A stretch of 63,408 nt of DNA, filler included, from Octopus bimaculoides (lineage: Eukaryota), in NCBI RefSeq assembly GCF_001194135.2. It is 6 parts of 5 records of this genome, joined end to end, with 100 filler letters (N's around TTAATTAATTAA, not from the genome) between each part and the next. Parts side by side here need not be neighbours in the genome. Positions count along the whole stretch, not along the records: positions 1 to 26,540 come from NC_068986.1; 5 more parts are not named here. The stretch is one strand, 5' to 3'. Shown here piece by piece: positions 1 through 12,410 of the stretch. The notes below the pieces were generated by a model, which saw only the letters and a program-made list of their open reading frames with translations, made no database searches and was not told the DNA's origin. The translations under genes were made by a program, and so were the position numbers. Position 1 is the stretch's first letter; each line of letters begins with the position of its first letter.

Positions 1-186
1 TAAAGGACGATTATATTAAAACATTTTTAATATAAACTTGGTGAGTGATGGTGAAGTATAAGCTACATATAAAAAATATTATAAGGAAATTATAAAAATA
101 AAAACACAAAAACTCATTGTGATGATTTATTTTATTTTAGGACACATTTCTGTTTCTTCGCCTCCACCTACTTCAGCCTCTTCCTC

Positions 187-241
187 TTCTCTCTCTCTCC
201 TTCTCCCTCTCTCACTCTCTCTCCTTCACTCTCTTTCTCTC

Positions 242-277
<36 letters not shown>
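187..277. repeat. (CT)n microsatellite / polypyrimidine tract
   Basis: Near-continuous CT dinucleotide run visible in the sequence. Confidence 0.95.
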
Positions 278-279
<2 letters not shown>

Positions 280-455
280 AGCTTTTGGTGCGTTAAATTG
301 TCAGCAGAATCAAGGAGCCAGTTTCAATAGACAAGACGGGTTAATCGCAATGGGTAAACCACCTAAATCTACCGAAAGAGCACCACTAGACATAGTTGTG
401 TATGTCTGCGTACGTGTGTGTGGGCGTGTGTGTTGATCGGCTGCTCGGGCTTTGA

Positions 456-570
456 TGACGTCAACTGACCGGAAGAAACCAATACATTTCAGCACAACAC
501 AATCAGTTCGGATCCTGGCGACCGAATGAACGACTTGTATATATGACGATGATATTACACTCGGACCAAT
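456..570 (+). promoter_or_regulatory. Candidate Pol II promoter-like motif cluster
   Basis: TGACGTCA (CRE, 456-463), CCGGAAG (ETS, 469-475), CCAAT (479-483 and 566-570) and TCAGTT (Inr-like, 503-508) in a non-repetitive, CpG-containing island. Motif match only. Confidence 0.3.
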
Positions 571-1105
571 GCGTCCCCGATGACAAGCAGGCATGAGTAA
601 AAGAAGGATTAGAAAAACCCACCGACCTCTGAAGTAAATGACCATTGACTGAGAAAATATCGCTCACTGGAGCTTATCCGAGAGTCATTCGCACTCAGCT
701 AGAAGCAAGTGAAAGCAACACCGAGAAATAATTCAGTCATTCGTTCATGTTGTTGTTGTTGTTGTCGTCATCGTTGTTGTTGTTGCTGTTGTTGTCGTCA
801 TCGTTGTTGTGTTATTGTCTTTGTGGTGGTGGTGGTGGTGGTGGTGGTGGTATGTATAACTTAGATGATGGTCGTGGTTATGTTAGGCGTAATTTATTGT
901 TTCATTAAGTTATTTCGTTTCACTGTTTATATTTGATATTGATAATGTTATAGCAATGGTTGTTGTTTTAGTTGTGCTTAGTAGTGGTACTAGTGTTGAC
1001 GTTGATGTTTATAACTGGTAATAATGACGGTAATGATGATAATGGTGGTGGTAGCTGTGGTGATAGCTGATTTATCGTGTCGCTAACGTAGTTGTTGCTA
1101 TCACT

Positions 1106-1306
1106 ATTCGTTAGCACGCTGGACAAAATGTTTAGCGCTATTTCGCCCGTCGCTACGTTCTGAGTTCAAATTCCGCCGAGGTCGGCTTTGCCTTTCATTC
1201 TTTCGAAGTCGATTAAATAAATACCAGTCACGCACTGGGGTCGATGTAATCGACTTAATCCCTTCCTCCAAATTCGAGGCCTTGTGCTTCCAGTAGAAAG
1301 AATTAT
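1106..1306 (+). mobile_element. SINE family A copy (tRNA-like head, conserved body), head truncated
   Basis: Contains GTTCTGAGTTCAAATTCCGCCGAGGTC (B-box-like), GCCTTTCAT..TTTCG..GTCGAT body and GGCCTTGTG..TAGAAAG 3' end shared with many other copies in the window. Confidence 0.85.
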
Positions 1307-1319
1307 ATTTAGTACTAAC

Positions 1320-1532
1320 AGTGGAGAGCTGGCAGAATCGTTAGCACACCAGGTAAAATGCTTCGCGGCATTTCACCAACCCTGACGTTCTGAGCTCAAA
1401 TTCCGCCCAAGTCGACTTTGCTTTTCATCTCTTTCAGGGTTGTTAATGTAAGTACTAGTTGACCTTTAGGATCGAAATAATCGACTCGGCCCCTACCTTA
1501 AAATTTCGGGCCTTGTACCTATAGTATAAAGG
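1320..1532 (+). mobile_element. SINE family A copy, tandem to the previous one
   Basis: GAGCTGGCAGAATCGTTAGCAC head, B-box-like GTTCTGAGCTCAAATTCC, family 3' end. Confidence 0.85.
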
Positions 1533-2199
1533 TTTAAATTTAATACTAGTCACCGCTCACGACCATGCTCTCGTGATCATAGCTTAAAATAAATACAATT
1601 TTATGAATTTGTAATATTTTCGATAAAATACTTTTAAAAGATGCTAACAATCTTCCTTTTATCTGGAAATGCTGATTCCTTCAGACTGTTGCTTCCAAAC
1701 TATTCAGAAAATATTTCAAAAATTGGGTTCCATCAAAACAAAATACATAGATATATACAGAATCTAAAATCAAATTTTACTTACAGATTTAAAAAAAAAA
1801 CACAACAACCGGGAAATGCTTTTCTTCTAAATGTTGTACTAATTTCTTTAATAACTATTCTAATAAAAAAAATATAAATTTCCTTTTACCTAAAGTATCA
1901 GCAGATATTACATACATACATACATACATGTATTATATATNNNNNNNNNNNNNNNNNNNNNNNNNNNNNNNNNNNNNNNNNNNNNNNNNNNNNNNNNNNN
2001 NNNNNNNNNNNNNNNNNNNNNNNNNNNNNNNNNNNNNNNNNNNNNNNNNNNNNNNNNNNNNNNNNNNNNNNNNNNNNNNNNNNNNNNNNNNNNNNNNNNN
2101 NNNNNNNNNNNNNNNNNNNNNNNNNNNNNNNNNNNNNNNNNNNNNNNNNNNNNNNNNNNNNNNNNNNNNNNNNNNNNNNNNNNNNNNNNNNNNNNNNNN

Positions 2200-2240
<41 letters not shown>

Positions 2241-2284
2241 TGTGTGTGTGTGATGACCATACAGTTAGATAAATTTATACTTTA

Positions 2285-2860
2285 CACCTGTCGCCCCGCT
2301 GGTGACTAATAATCTTAGCTCTTGATAAGCATACTCGTTTGCATTACATTGGTGCTGCGTTTTCGAGCAGTTAGCTTAAATTCTGCATTAAAAAATGCGT
2401 GGTTTTTTTCTAAAGTATCCACTCCTTCCTTTACTTGTTTCCTCCATACGTGGTAATGGCAAGCATTTCTTTCCTAATTGACATCCCATATTTCACATGC
2501 ATTACACAATCCTTAAATTGGAGTCTTGGTTCGTGCTGGGGGTGCTTTCCACAAACAATTCCGCCAAAAAGGACGGACGAACCTACGGTCGGTTCAACGA
2601 CTATTTAACAGTAACACAGACACTCAAAAATGCCGAGTTGGTGTCTAGCGTGCTGGATGAGACCACTGGGAGTGCGGCACTCCTCAGCTTTTGTCAAGGC
2701 ATGTCTCTTGAAGGTCATTCTCATATAAAACCGAATATGCCGGGAATGGTGTAGGACGTTTTGGGGGATATTTAGTTTGCAACTGAGATCTTGGTGCTCC
2801 ACACTCCCGAGCCTGCGACCAATATTAGCATTAGATACCATGTTTAGCACTAGATATCAT
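2285..2860 (-). mobile_element. RTE (BovB-like) LINE 3' fragment, degraded ORF2 C-terminus
   Basis: Minus-strand translation across frameshifts gives VLFGGIVCGKHPQHEPRLQFKDCV, WRKQVKEGVDTLEKN and CLSRAKIISHQR, matching the RTE pattern LYGEL..GKR..GRP.LRFKD / WR..V..G / C.SRIGL.SH. Confidence 0.75.
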
Positions 2861-3164
2861 GTTTTGGTGCATGTCAATAAGTAGGAGACAATCTATTAGG
2901 AGAAGATCTATGAGGTGTCAAGCATTACTGACATTTTGCATCGGCACTGCTACTTTGAATTACAATTTTACTACTTTACTTTATATATTTGGGTGTATAT
3001 TGTACGCAAACACACACCCACACGCTTTCATTATCATAATTTTTCCTTTGCTAACTCATTCATTTTTATGGTGTGCTATGGAAGTCAGCAAATACGAATG
3101 GTTTACAAAGGCTTCTGTAATAGACTCACCTTCACTTAGGGTCGCTCAGTCTACTTAAGAGAAC

Positions 3165-3345
3165 AGATAAATTCCTTCCAATCTATATCCTACCGTCTTA
3201 AAGAAGAAAAGGAAGACACGCATTAAATAATTTAGTCAAACATACAGCCTACCTGATAGAGAGACGAGATGATCGTGGCTAGAATGCCTTGTCCAAGATC
3301 AATCTTGTCGCTGGACAACAATTTTAGCGGCAACAACAACAGTGA
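3165..3345 (+). mobile_element. SINE-like family D 3' fragment
   Basis: GATGATCGTGGCTAGAATGCCTT...CAACAACAAC tail; related segments at ~36100-36180, 46975-47320 and 56490-56560. Confidence 0.5.
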
Positions 3346-3406
3346 AAACAACTTAGATAGGACCTGTTGACAGAGAACCGTTTACCAGAAATTGAAGACA
3401 TCATTT

Positions 3407-3552
3407 GCGGTATGGTGAGCTGGCAGAACTGTTAGTACGCAAAGCAATATGCTTAGCGGCCTTTCGTCCGTCTTTACGGTCTGAGTTCAAATTCCCCCTC
3501 CCTCCAAATTTCAGGCCTTGTGCCTTCAGTAGAAAGGATTATTATTATTATT
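3407..3552 (+). mobile_element. SINE family A copy with internal deletion and (ATT)n tail
   Basis: GGTGAGCTGGCAGAA head, CTGAGTTCAAATTCC joined directly to the 3' end, then ATTATTATT. Confidence 0.85.
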
Positions 3553-4077
3553 GAGTGAGTGAGAGAGCAATGCATGCCATCGAAGTGACACTGGGGTACA
3601 ATTATACGAAATTCAATATACCCCTCATGATTCCCCGTCTGATAAGGGTACATCTGGCACGTGCATCACAACCATGCGGACGCGACATGGTAATTTCATA
3701 TCAAGATAAACAGCGCATGACTTTGCAGGTGGAGCCCAGTTAGAATTTTTCCAGGTCCAGTAGCCCATCCTGCTCAAAAGGTTCTGAATAAAGTTTGTTT
3801 AAGGATGAATCACTCATGTTTCTAGAGGTGAATTATTCAAACACCAAAGAATTCCTCTCAACACATGGTTATGATGCTCCCCCACTACTTCTGCTCGTGA
3901 TCAGAGATGCACATGTCGTCAGCCACTAAGTGACACAACTGACAAGCAAATCTGTGGTATTGAGCAGAATATTTACTGTAATCCATCTTTTATACCAAGA
4001 CAAAACATATACATGATTACCAATCAGTTAAGATGAAAAGCCATGAGAGCCACTGCCTGATACTGCATCGGGGCATT

Positions 4078-4078
<1 letters not shown>
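3553..4078. mobile_element. ~530-bp non-coding interspersed element flanked by trinucleotide microsatellites (copy 1)
   Basis: Collinear with 9084-9615 end to end (GAGAGAGCA.TGCATGCCATC ... GAGAGCCACTGCCTG...GGGCATTT). Left flank (ATT)n, right flank (AGT)n. Confidence 0.8.
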
Positions 4079-4170
<92 letters not shown>

Positions 4171-4190
4171 TAGTAGTAGTAGAAGTAGTG

Positions 4191-4232
<42 letters not shown>
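4079..4232. repeat. (AGT)n array with (AGC)n interruption
   Basis: Directly visible. Confidence 0.95.
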
Positions 4233-4233
<1 letters not shown>

Positions 4234-4652
4234 GGCAGAGAATTAGCTGAATCAGTAAAGCACCAGACAAATGTGTTTCGGTATTTCATCTGAATTCAGA
4301 TCCCACAGAGGTTAACTTTACTTTCCGTCCCTCCGGGATCGATATGATAAAGCACAAGACATTTACTAGGGTCTATGGTATCGACAAACACTCTCCCCTA
4401 AAAAAAGTTTGGTCTCGTTCCTAAATCAGAAATTTATAACTGCTATTGAAATCGTTGTCTTGATAGAATCGTTAGAGCGTCGAACAAAATATCTTGCAGT
4501 ATTTGTACAAGTCTTTTTATGTTCTGAGTTCAAATTTCGTTGAGTTCTGTTTTGACTTTCATCCTTCCAGTTGTCAAGTATTGGGGTCGATATACTCGAC
4601 TGTAACCGCTGACCAAATTCTCGACCTAGTGCCTATGTAAGAAATCAATATT
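4233..4652 (+). mobile_element. Two degenerate SINE family A copies
   Basis: Diverged head, body and tail motifs at ~4233-4450 and ~4460-4652 (e.g. GTTCTGAGTTCAAATTTC, GGGGTCGAT). Confidence 0.6.
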
Positions 4653-4736
4653 CACATACACAAACATACAAACACTCATACGCACGCACATGCACGCACG
4701 CACGCACATTCTTGCACGCATACTCACACGAACACA

Positions 4737-4787
<51 letters not shown>

Positions 4788-5512
4788 ACGCACTGCCCAC
4801 GCAACTTCTCATACACACAGTGTATCAAAGAATAAAGTGAGCCTCTTCGCTCGCTGTAGCGTGGCCATGCAGATGAGAAAGTGGAATGGAGAAACAAAGG
4901 GAGATAAAAAGAGGTGGGGAGAAGAAAAAGGTAGAAAACCTGAAAAAAAATATGGAAGACATGAAAGAGGATAAACACGGTTTGAAATTTGCAATTTTTT
5001 TATTTTGTTATATATTTCTGCTATACATTGTTTATTGTTTTGATTTTTTTTTACCTTTGTAAAACTAGTCTACTCGGAATGTTCTCTTCATCTCTCGGTT
5101 TTGCTACGCAATAAAATTAATAGACAAGCTTTCTGGTGCTAATTGAAAGATGGCGGCCAACCGTTTCGATAAGAATCGGGAATTAGAAATTAAGAATAAA
5201 AAGCAAAAATAGAAAAATTTCAAAAATCACGATATAGTACTGAAATATCAATTACCATTAACTCTTCAAATGTTCGTGAAGATAACGAGAATAAGGATTA
5301 TTATTGTTGCTGTTGTTGTTGTTGTTGTTGTTATCGTTGTTGTTGCTGTTGTTCTTACTGTTACCATCATCATCATTATTATCATTATTCTGATTCCATG
5401 ATGTTGATGATAATGACGATTGAGGTAGTGGTATCGGTTGGTGTTGGTGTTGGGAGTTCCTAAGTTGATACTATTTTCACTGGTAATATCGAAAATAATA
5501 TTGATATCAATA

Positions 5513-5545
<33 letters not shown>

Positions 5546-6786
5546 GTGGTGGTTGTGGTGGTGGTGGTGGTGGTGGTGGTGGTTTTGGCGGTGGTGGTAG
5601 TTTTGGCGGTGGTGGCAGCGGCGGTGGTGGTGGTGGTGATTGTCGGGATGGTTTGGTGGTGATGGCGGTATCAATGATACTAATAATAATGAGAATTTCA
5701 TTACTTGCCACTATGACGATGACTATGTTTTCTGTGTTTGGCACAACAACAACAAAAAGAAACAAAAGAGATTTATCTTTAAAAACACATCAATAATAAT
5801 TACTGTGGTGGCGGTGATGATGAATGTATGAATATAGTGGTGTTTGTGAGGGTGCGAACTGAATATGCATATGTGTGTGTATGTGCGTATGTGTGTGCGT
5901 ATGTGTGTGTATGCATATATACATATATACATACAACGCACACACATACACACAGACACACGCGTGCGCACGCACGCACACACACACGCGCGCATATATA
6001 CATGTAGCTGAAGTGAACCTTTAACCCGTTTGCATTTTTTATATACTTATATGTATATATATATATATATNNNNNNNNNNNNNNNNNNNNNNNNNNNNNN
6101 NNNNNNNNNNNNNNNNNNNNNNNNNNNNNNNNNNNNNNNNNNNNNNNNNNNNNNNNNNNNNNNNNNNNNNNNNNNNNNNNNNNNNNNNNNNNNNNNNNNN
6201 NNNNNNNNNNNNNNNNNNNNNNNNNNNNNNNNNNNNNNNNNNNNNNNNNNNNNNNNNNNNNNNNNNNNNNNNNNNNNNNNNNNNNNNNNNNNNNNNNNNN
6301 NNNNNNNNNNNNNNNNNNNNNNNNNNNNNNNNNNNNNNNNNNNNNNNNNNNNNNNNNNNNNNNNNNNNNNNNNNNNNNNNNNNNNNNNNNNNNNNNNNNN
6401 NNNNNNNNNNNNNNNNNNNNNNNNNNNNNNNNNNNNNNNNNNNNNNNNNNNNNNNNNNNNNNNNNNNNNNNNNNNNNNNNNNNNNNNNNNNNNNNNNNNN
6501 NNNNNNNNNNNNNNNNNNNNNNNNNNNNNNNNNNNNNNNNNNNNNNNNNNNNNNNNNNNNNNNNNNNNNNNNNNNNNNNNNNNNNNNNNNNNNNNNNNNN
6601 NNNNNNNNNNNNNNNNNNNNNNNNNNNNNNNNNNNNNNNNNNNNNNNNNNNNNNNNNNNNNNNNNNNNNNNNNNNNNNNNNNNNNNNNNNNNNNNNNNNN
6701 NNNNNNNNNNNNNNNNNNNNNNNNNNNNNNNNNNNNNNNNNNNNNNNNNNNNNNNNNNNNNNNNNNNNNNNNNNNNNNNNNNNNNN

Positions 6787-6847
<61 letters not shown>

Positions 6848-6959
6848 ACTTCTTATCGTATTGCACATCGTTATCATCACGACAACCACCATTATCATCA
6901 TCATCATTTTAGTTATCGTCACCGTCATCCTCCTCGTCATCATAATCATCATCATCATT

Positions 6960-7790
6960 AGAGCGGTGGATGTTCGAATCAGTGGAGCAGAGGACAAAAT
7001 TCCTTACCGTATCTAGTTACGTCCATTTATGTCCTTAGTTCAAATCTGGCCAGTCAGCTACCGGGTTTGCTTCTATTAAATCGACTAATTATACACTTCT
7101 CTCAATACTTTCTCGGTCAGTTACTCGGACCGATTAAATCGATTGCACACTTTTCCCAATATATGTGTCCTTGTAGCAAAATGAAAAACCCTCACTAGTA
7201 TTGACTCCTTGCATTGGGTCCACCCTCAAACTTGGGAAAGGAGTATAAGATGATTATATCGATCCCTGTACATGGCTAGCATATTATTTTATCGACCCCG
7301 AACATCCTTGGTGGGATTCGAACTCAGAACATAATGGGCCATAACTAAATGATGCAAGGCTCTAACGATTCTGCTAGTCCATTGCTTTTAGAAATCATCA
7401 TTATTCTCGGGAATGTTGTCAGTGACTTAATGCATGCCTCCAGCTAGATTACATGGTAGGTGGAAGGTCAATTCTCGTATTTTAGAGAGATATTGCAGAA
7501 TATGAGTAACGATTGGCTGGGATTGAGTCAGGGTAGTGATGGGGACAGTCTAAGGACTATTTCAAGGAAGTTTTACCGTGTTTGAGTCACCAGCGACTGT
7601 TCTAGCCTGAAATGTACCCGAGGTGACAAAACTTAAACTTATAATTTTTCACATGGGCTCAAGACCAGACATATAGGAGAGAACAGTCGATTATATTGAT
7701 CTCAGTGCTTGATTGATTCTTCATCTTATCGACCTTAGAAGAATGAAAAGCAAAATTAACTTCGACAGCATTTGAACTCAGGGTGTAAAG
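6960..7790. mobile_element. Cluster of degenerate SINE family A copies (+ ~6960-7190; - ~7230-7385; - ~7680-7790)
   Basis: TTAGTTCAAATC on +; TTCGAACTCAGAAC, CTAACGATTCTGC and TTTGAACTCAG on the reverse strand. Confidence 0.55.
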
Positions 7791-7808
7791 GGAACTAAAA
7801 AAAAGTTG

Positions 7809-7841
<33 letters not shown>

Positions 7842-7844
<3 letters not shown>

Positions 7845-8170
7845 TAGTTTTATTTTTATAACGTGCTTTCACTTCACTACCGAGCGCAGCTCTGTGCGCC
7901 TTGGGTATGTGCTGTGGTTTGCTGTGGTGCTCTTATGTTTACTGTATTGAAAGTGTTTTGCGTAGAATGTGTGCAGTACCCAGTAGTGCAATTTTCTGTA
8001 TGTTATATATATATGTAAGTCCTGCTATTTTTGTTATGTATTTGTCTGAATATTTTTTTATTATACCTAAGGCACCTACTATGATAGGAATTGTTTCTGT
8101 TTTTAGATTCCACATTCGAGTTATCTCTATTTCCAGGTCTTTGTATTTTGAAAGTTTTTCCATTTCTTTT
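7842..8170 (-). mobile_element. R4/Dong-clade RLE LINE 3' end (subfamily 1) with (AAT)n tail
   Basis: ORF 7939-8163: KLSKYKDLEIEITRMWNLKTETIPIIVGALG...IQKIALLGTAHILRKTLSIQ*, the typical restriction-like endonuclease C-terminus, then 3'UTR and (AAT)n at 7811-7841. Confidence 0.9.
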
Positions 8171-9005
8171 NNNNNNNNNNNNNNNNNNNNNNNNNNNNNN
8201 NNNNNNNNNNNNNNNNNNNNNNNNNNNNNNNNNNNNNNNNNNNNNNNNNNNNNNNNNNNNNNNNNNNNNNNNNNNNNNNNNNNNNNNNNNNNNNNNNNNN
8301 NNNNNNNNNNNNNNNNNNNNNNNNNNNNNNNNNNNNNNNNNNNNNNNNNNNNNNNNNNNNNNNNNNNNNNNNNNNNNNNNNNNNNNNNNNNNNNNNNNNN
8401 NNNNNNNNNNNNNNNNNNNNNNNNNNNNNNNNNNNNNNNNNNNNNNNNNNNNNNNNNNNNNNNNNNNNNNNNNNNNNNNNNNNNNNNNNNNNNNNNNNNN
8501 NNNNNNNNNNNNNNNNNNNNNNNNNNNNNNNNNNNNNNNNNNNNNNNNNNNNNNNNNNNNNNNNNNNNNNNNNNNNNNNNNNNNNNNNNNNNNNNNNNNN
8601 NNNNNNNNNNNNNNNNNNNNNNNNNNNNNNNNNNNNNNNNNNNNNNNNNNNNNNNNNNNNNNNNNNNNNNNNNNNNNNNNNNNNNNNNNNNNNNNNNNNN
8701 NNNNNNNNNNNNNNNNNNNNNNNNNNNNNNNNNNNNNNNNNNNNNNNNNNNNNNNNNNNNNNNNNNNNNNNNNNNNNNNNNNNNNNNNNNNNNNNNNNNN
8801 NNNNNNNNNNNNNNNNNNNNNNNNNNNNNNNNNNNNNNNNNNNNNNNNNNNNNNNNNNNNNNNNNNNNNNNNNNNNNNNNNNNNNNNNNNNNNNNNNNNN
8901 NNNNNNNNNNNNNNNNNNNNNNNNNNNNNNNNNNNNNNNNNNNNNNNNNNNNNNNNNNNNNNNNNNNNNNNNNNNNNNNNNNNNNNNNNNNNNNNNNNNN
9001 NNNNN

Positions 9006-9083
<78 letters not shown>

Positions 9084-9611
9084 GGGTGAGAGAGCAGTGC
9101 ATGCCATCAAAGTGACACTGGGGTAAAATATATGAAGCCCAGTATACCCATCAGGACTACCTGTCTGATAATGTTACACCTGGCACATGCATCACAACTA
9201 TATGTGCGCGACACGGTAATCTCACATCAAGGTAAACAGCGCATGACCTTGTAGGTGGGGCCCAGTTAGAATTTTCTTCCAGGTGAGTAGTCCATCTCGC
9301 TCAAAAGATCCCAGAATAAAGTTTGTTTAAGGATGTTAAATGAAACACCCATGTTTCCAGAGGTGAATTATTCAAGCCCCAAAGAATCTCCCCACTACTC
9401 CTGCTCATGATCAGAGATGCACATATCGTCAGTCACTAAGGGACATGCTCAACTGTTTAAGGTCAAGCAACTGACAAACAAATCTGTGGTATTGAGCAGA
9501 ATATTTGCTGTAGCCTATCATTTATACCAAGACAAAACATGTACATGATAACACTTCCAATCAGTTAAGATCAGAAGTCACAAGAGCCACTGCCTGGTAC
9601 TACACCAGGGC

Positions 9612-9615
<4 letters not shown>
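9084..9615. mobile_element. ~530-bp non-coding interspersed element (copy 2), (ATT)n on both sides
   Basis: Homologous to 3553-4078; long pure (ATT)n arrays at 9006-9083 and 9616-9686. Confidence 0.8.
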
Positions 9616-9686
<71 letters not shown>

Positions 9687-9751
9687 GTTTATTATGTTTN
9701 NNNNNNNNNNNNNNNNNNNNNNNNNNNNNNNNNNNNNNNNNNNNNNNNNNN

Positions 9752-9963
9752 CCTGCTCATGATCAGAGATGCACATATCGTCAGTCACTAAGGGACATGC
9801 TCAACTGTTTAAGGTCAAGCAACTGACAAACAAATCTGTGGTATTGAGCAGAATATTTGCTGTAGCCTATCATTTATACCAAGACAAAACATGTACATGA
9901 TAACACTTCCAATCAGTTAAGATCAGAAGTCACAAGAGCCACTGCCTGGTACTACACCAGGGC

Positions 9964-10038
<75 letters not shown>

Positions 10039-10051
10039 GTTTATTATGTTT
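9752..10051. other. Assembly overlap duplicate of 9399-9699
   Basis: Apparently identical sequence, including the microsatellite and its GTTTATTATGTTT end, on both sides of an N gap. Confidence 0.8.
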
Positions 10052-10299
10052 ATTCGTTCGTCTATCGATACATATTGCACATTGTCCCAATAAATTCGTT
10101 ATCATTTCAATTGTTACACAAAGTTATGAACATTTGTTATCATTTTATAGATAAGGGGGCTCATTAATTTTCTGCATATATAAACCTTAGGGTCTAAATT
10201 AGGTAACAGCTAATCCACCACCATCAGCACTACCACTACCACTGCCACCACGAACACAAACAGTAGTACAACGGATATAGCGTCCGTTCTTATTTCTAA

Positions 10300-12410
10300 A
10301 CACAATGGGAACGGTTTCGACTGAAAAAAAAACGTTAATTGATGCCAAATCGCACTTAATGAATAATAGGAGAACAATATTTCTAAACGTGTCAAAGGAA
10401 GTACAAGAAGATGCTAAAAGAAATTTATTATCTACAAGTGTATTTTATCAAAAACCAAGACTCTGGAATGAGTGACGCAGACCCAGATTGAAAAGTTGCT
10501 AAAACCAGTTTGGTGGGTAAAATCATAAGTCACCTGTGGGAGACGCTTTGGCACAGTTGAGATGAGATTCCCAACTGAAATAAAAGCCAAAGAAAGTGCA
10601 ACAAGCCTCAAGAATGAGGAATTGTGGCCAATTACGACATACTTTAGTCTGAGGTGGGTTAAAAAGAAGGTAACAGAGGTACCACCAGAAGGGGACTTCT
10701 CTTTGCTGATGGCAGCCGTATTATATGGAATAGAGAATGCAACAATTCTCCGAGTGCACAAAATAGGAAAGGAAATTGGTAAGGCACGGGAATGGAACTA
10801 TTAACGCAGACCGATCCGAAAAAATCATCCCTGACCTGATCGACCTCCTTTTTGGTACACATCTATTCGTAGCAGTTGAGGGCAGAAAGCCTAGATGACA
10901 CATTTGTGGCGGAACAAACCACTTAAAGGCTTTCTGCCCCATGCAAAGAAAAGAAAAACCTCACTGCTGCAAACACCTCTAACACAGAACAACATGAGCA
11001 TCAAAAGCAACAGCAGCAACAGCAGCAACACCATAACATCAACAGCATCAGCGCCAATAGTAGCAGCACCCAAAACTAAAACAAAAACATCATCAACTGA
11101 AGGAGGAGCAGGAATCAATTCAACATCAGCGGCAAGCGCTGGTACCACACATGAGAAAAACAGTAACATCATCGCAACCGAGACAAGCCTCACCCACAAC
11201 AGTCGATTAGACGTCCAGCGCGATGCCTGCGCAGACATACTTTTCCTCATTACCCCAGGTTTCTCCGACAGGGAAAACTCGTCTAGTGAAGAAGACAGTT
11301 TGGGAAAACTATCAGAATGGATTCTGATGAAAGGAAAAAGAAAAATGATTACAAAATGAAAAACGCGGTAAAAGACTAAAAACAAAGAGATTAGAGGTGG
11401 AGACACAGAAACCAACAAACCATCATACGCTCACGCACTCTACACCAACACAATTACTAACATCTCCAACATTACAAACACCATCAACACTACAAACTCC
11501 TCAACAAATGAAAACACATAGCGATCGAGACCAACAGGAACAGCACTCCCAAGGCATCACCGGTTACAGAGCCATCGACACAAATAACAACAACGTAAGA
11601 AAATATGTTCAAAGATACACAGACATTACTCTAAATCGCATCCCCGTTTAATACACCCCTGTTCAACGCAACAAACTGAAAGCAAAATATCCCAGTGGAA
11701 TGGGAGATTTCCGCGGGACCGTAAATAAAAGGCTCTACAAAGAAATGTTTGCGGAGACACCCACAAATAGTAAGAAGAACAGAACACTTGTCTCTTCAAA
11801 GTAATGTGGTAAATTATTCTCTTCACTCTCTTTCTCTCTGACAAACATGGCCTTGCTCAGAATAGGCAGTATAAATGCACACGGCCTGAGGTTGCCTTGG
11901 AAACAGGGTCACCTACTCAATGACTTCAGGTAACTAAGGATAGATGTCGTGACTATCAGTCAGACCAGACTTTCCAATCGACAAGCTTTCATGCCCATTT
12001 TTGGTGGATACGAGAGTTTTTATCTCCATGTCAACCGGAAATGGGGGTTGGGGTGAAACTGCAGTGTTGTTGCCGTGAGTTCTGGATCTCAAGAAGGTAA
12101 GTTGGTGATCTTTGATGTGAACAGTACCGACGGGGATGCTTTCAGATTGGTGGTTGTTTGTTCTCCAGCAGTGAAAGGACAGCTAGATTTCTTCTGACGT
12201 GAGGTCTTCCTAGAAAGTCTCACCCTTTAGTGGTGATGGGTGACACGCTTAGGTAGTGTGGGGCAAGTTGCTAGAAATGCTGAGTGCAAAATCCTCGAAA
12301 CTTGCTCAGACGTTTTCAACTGTCTAACAGGTACCGACCGAATTTCCCGACTGTGCCAGTATGATCATAGACGAACAGCATTATGTCATCTAGGCCTTAG
12401 ATAAGGTTAT
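10300..12410 (+). mobile_element. L1/Tx1-clade LINE 5' part: decayed ORF1 (CCHC knuckle) and AP-endonuclease of ORF2
   Basis: VEGRKPR*HICGGTNHLKAFCP at 10896-10937 (CX2CX4HX4C with first Cys mutated to TGA). ATG at 11847 gives MALLRIGSINAHGLR..KQGHLLNDFR*LRIDVVTISQTRL (APE motif), with later GKLVIFDV and AFRLVVV segments. Confidence 0.85.

Noticed and set aside
310-645. 111-aa minus-strand ORF with a signal-peptide-like N-terminus (MVIYFRGRWVFLILLLLMPAC)
   Set aside because: No recognisable domain, includes a (CA)-derived HTRPHTRT stretch, and overlaps promoter-like motifs; unsupported without expression data.
9752-10051. Third copy of the 530-bp element
   Set aside because: Identical to 9399-9699 across a gap; assembly overlap.
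10891-11418. 175-aa hydrophobic, membrane-protein-like minus-strand ORF
   Set aside because: Antisense frame of the CA-rich, low-complexity Tx1 ORF1 tail.
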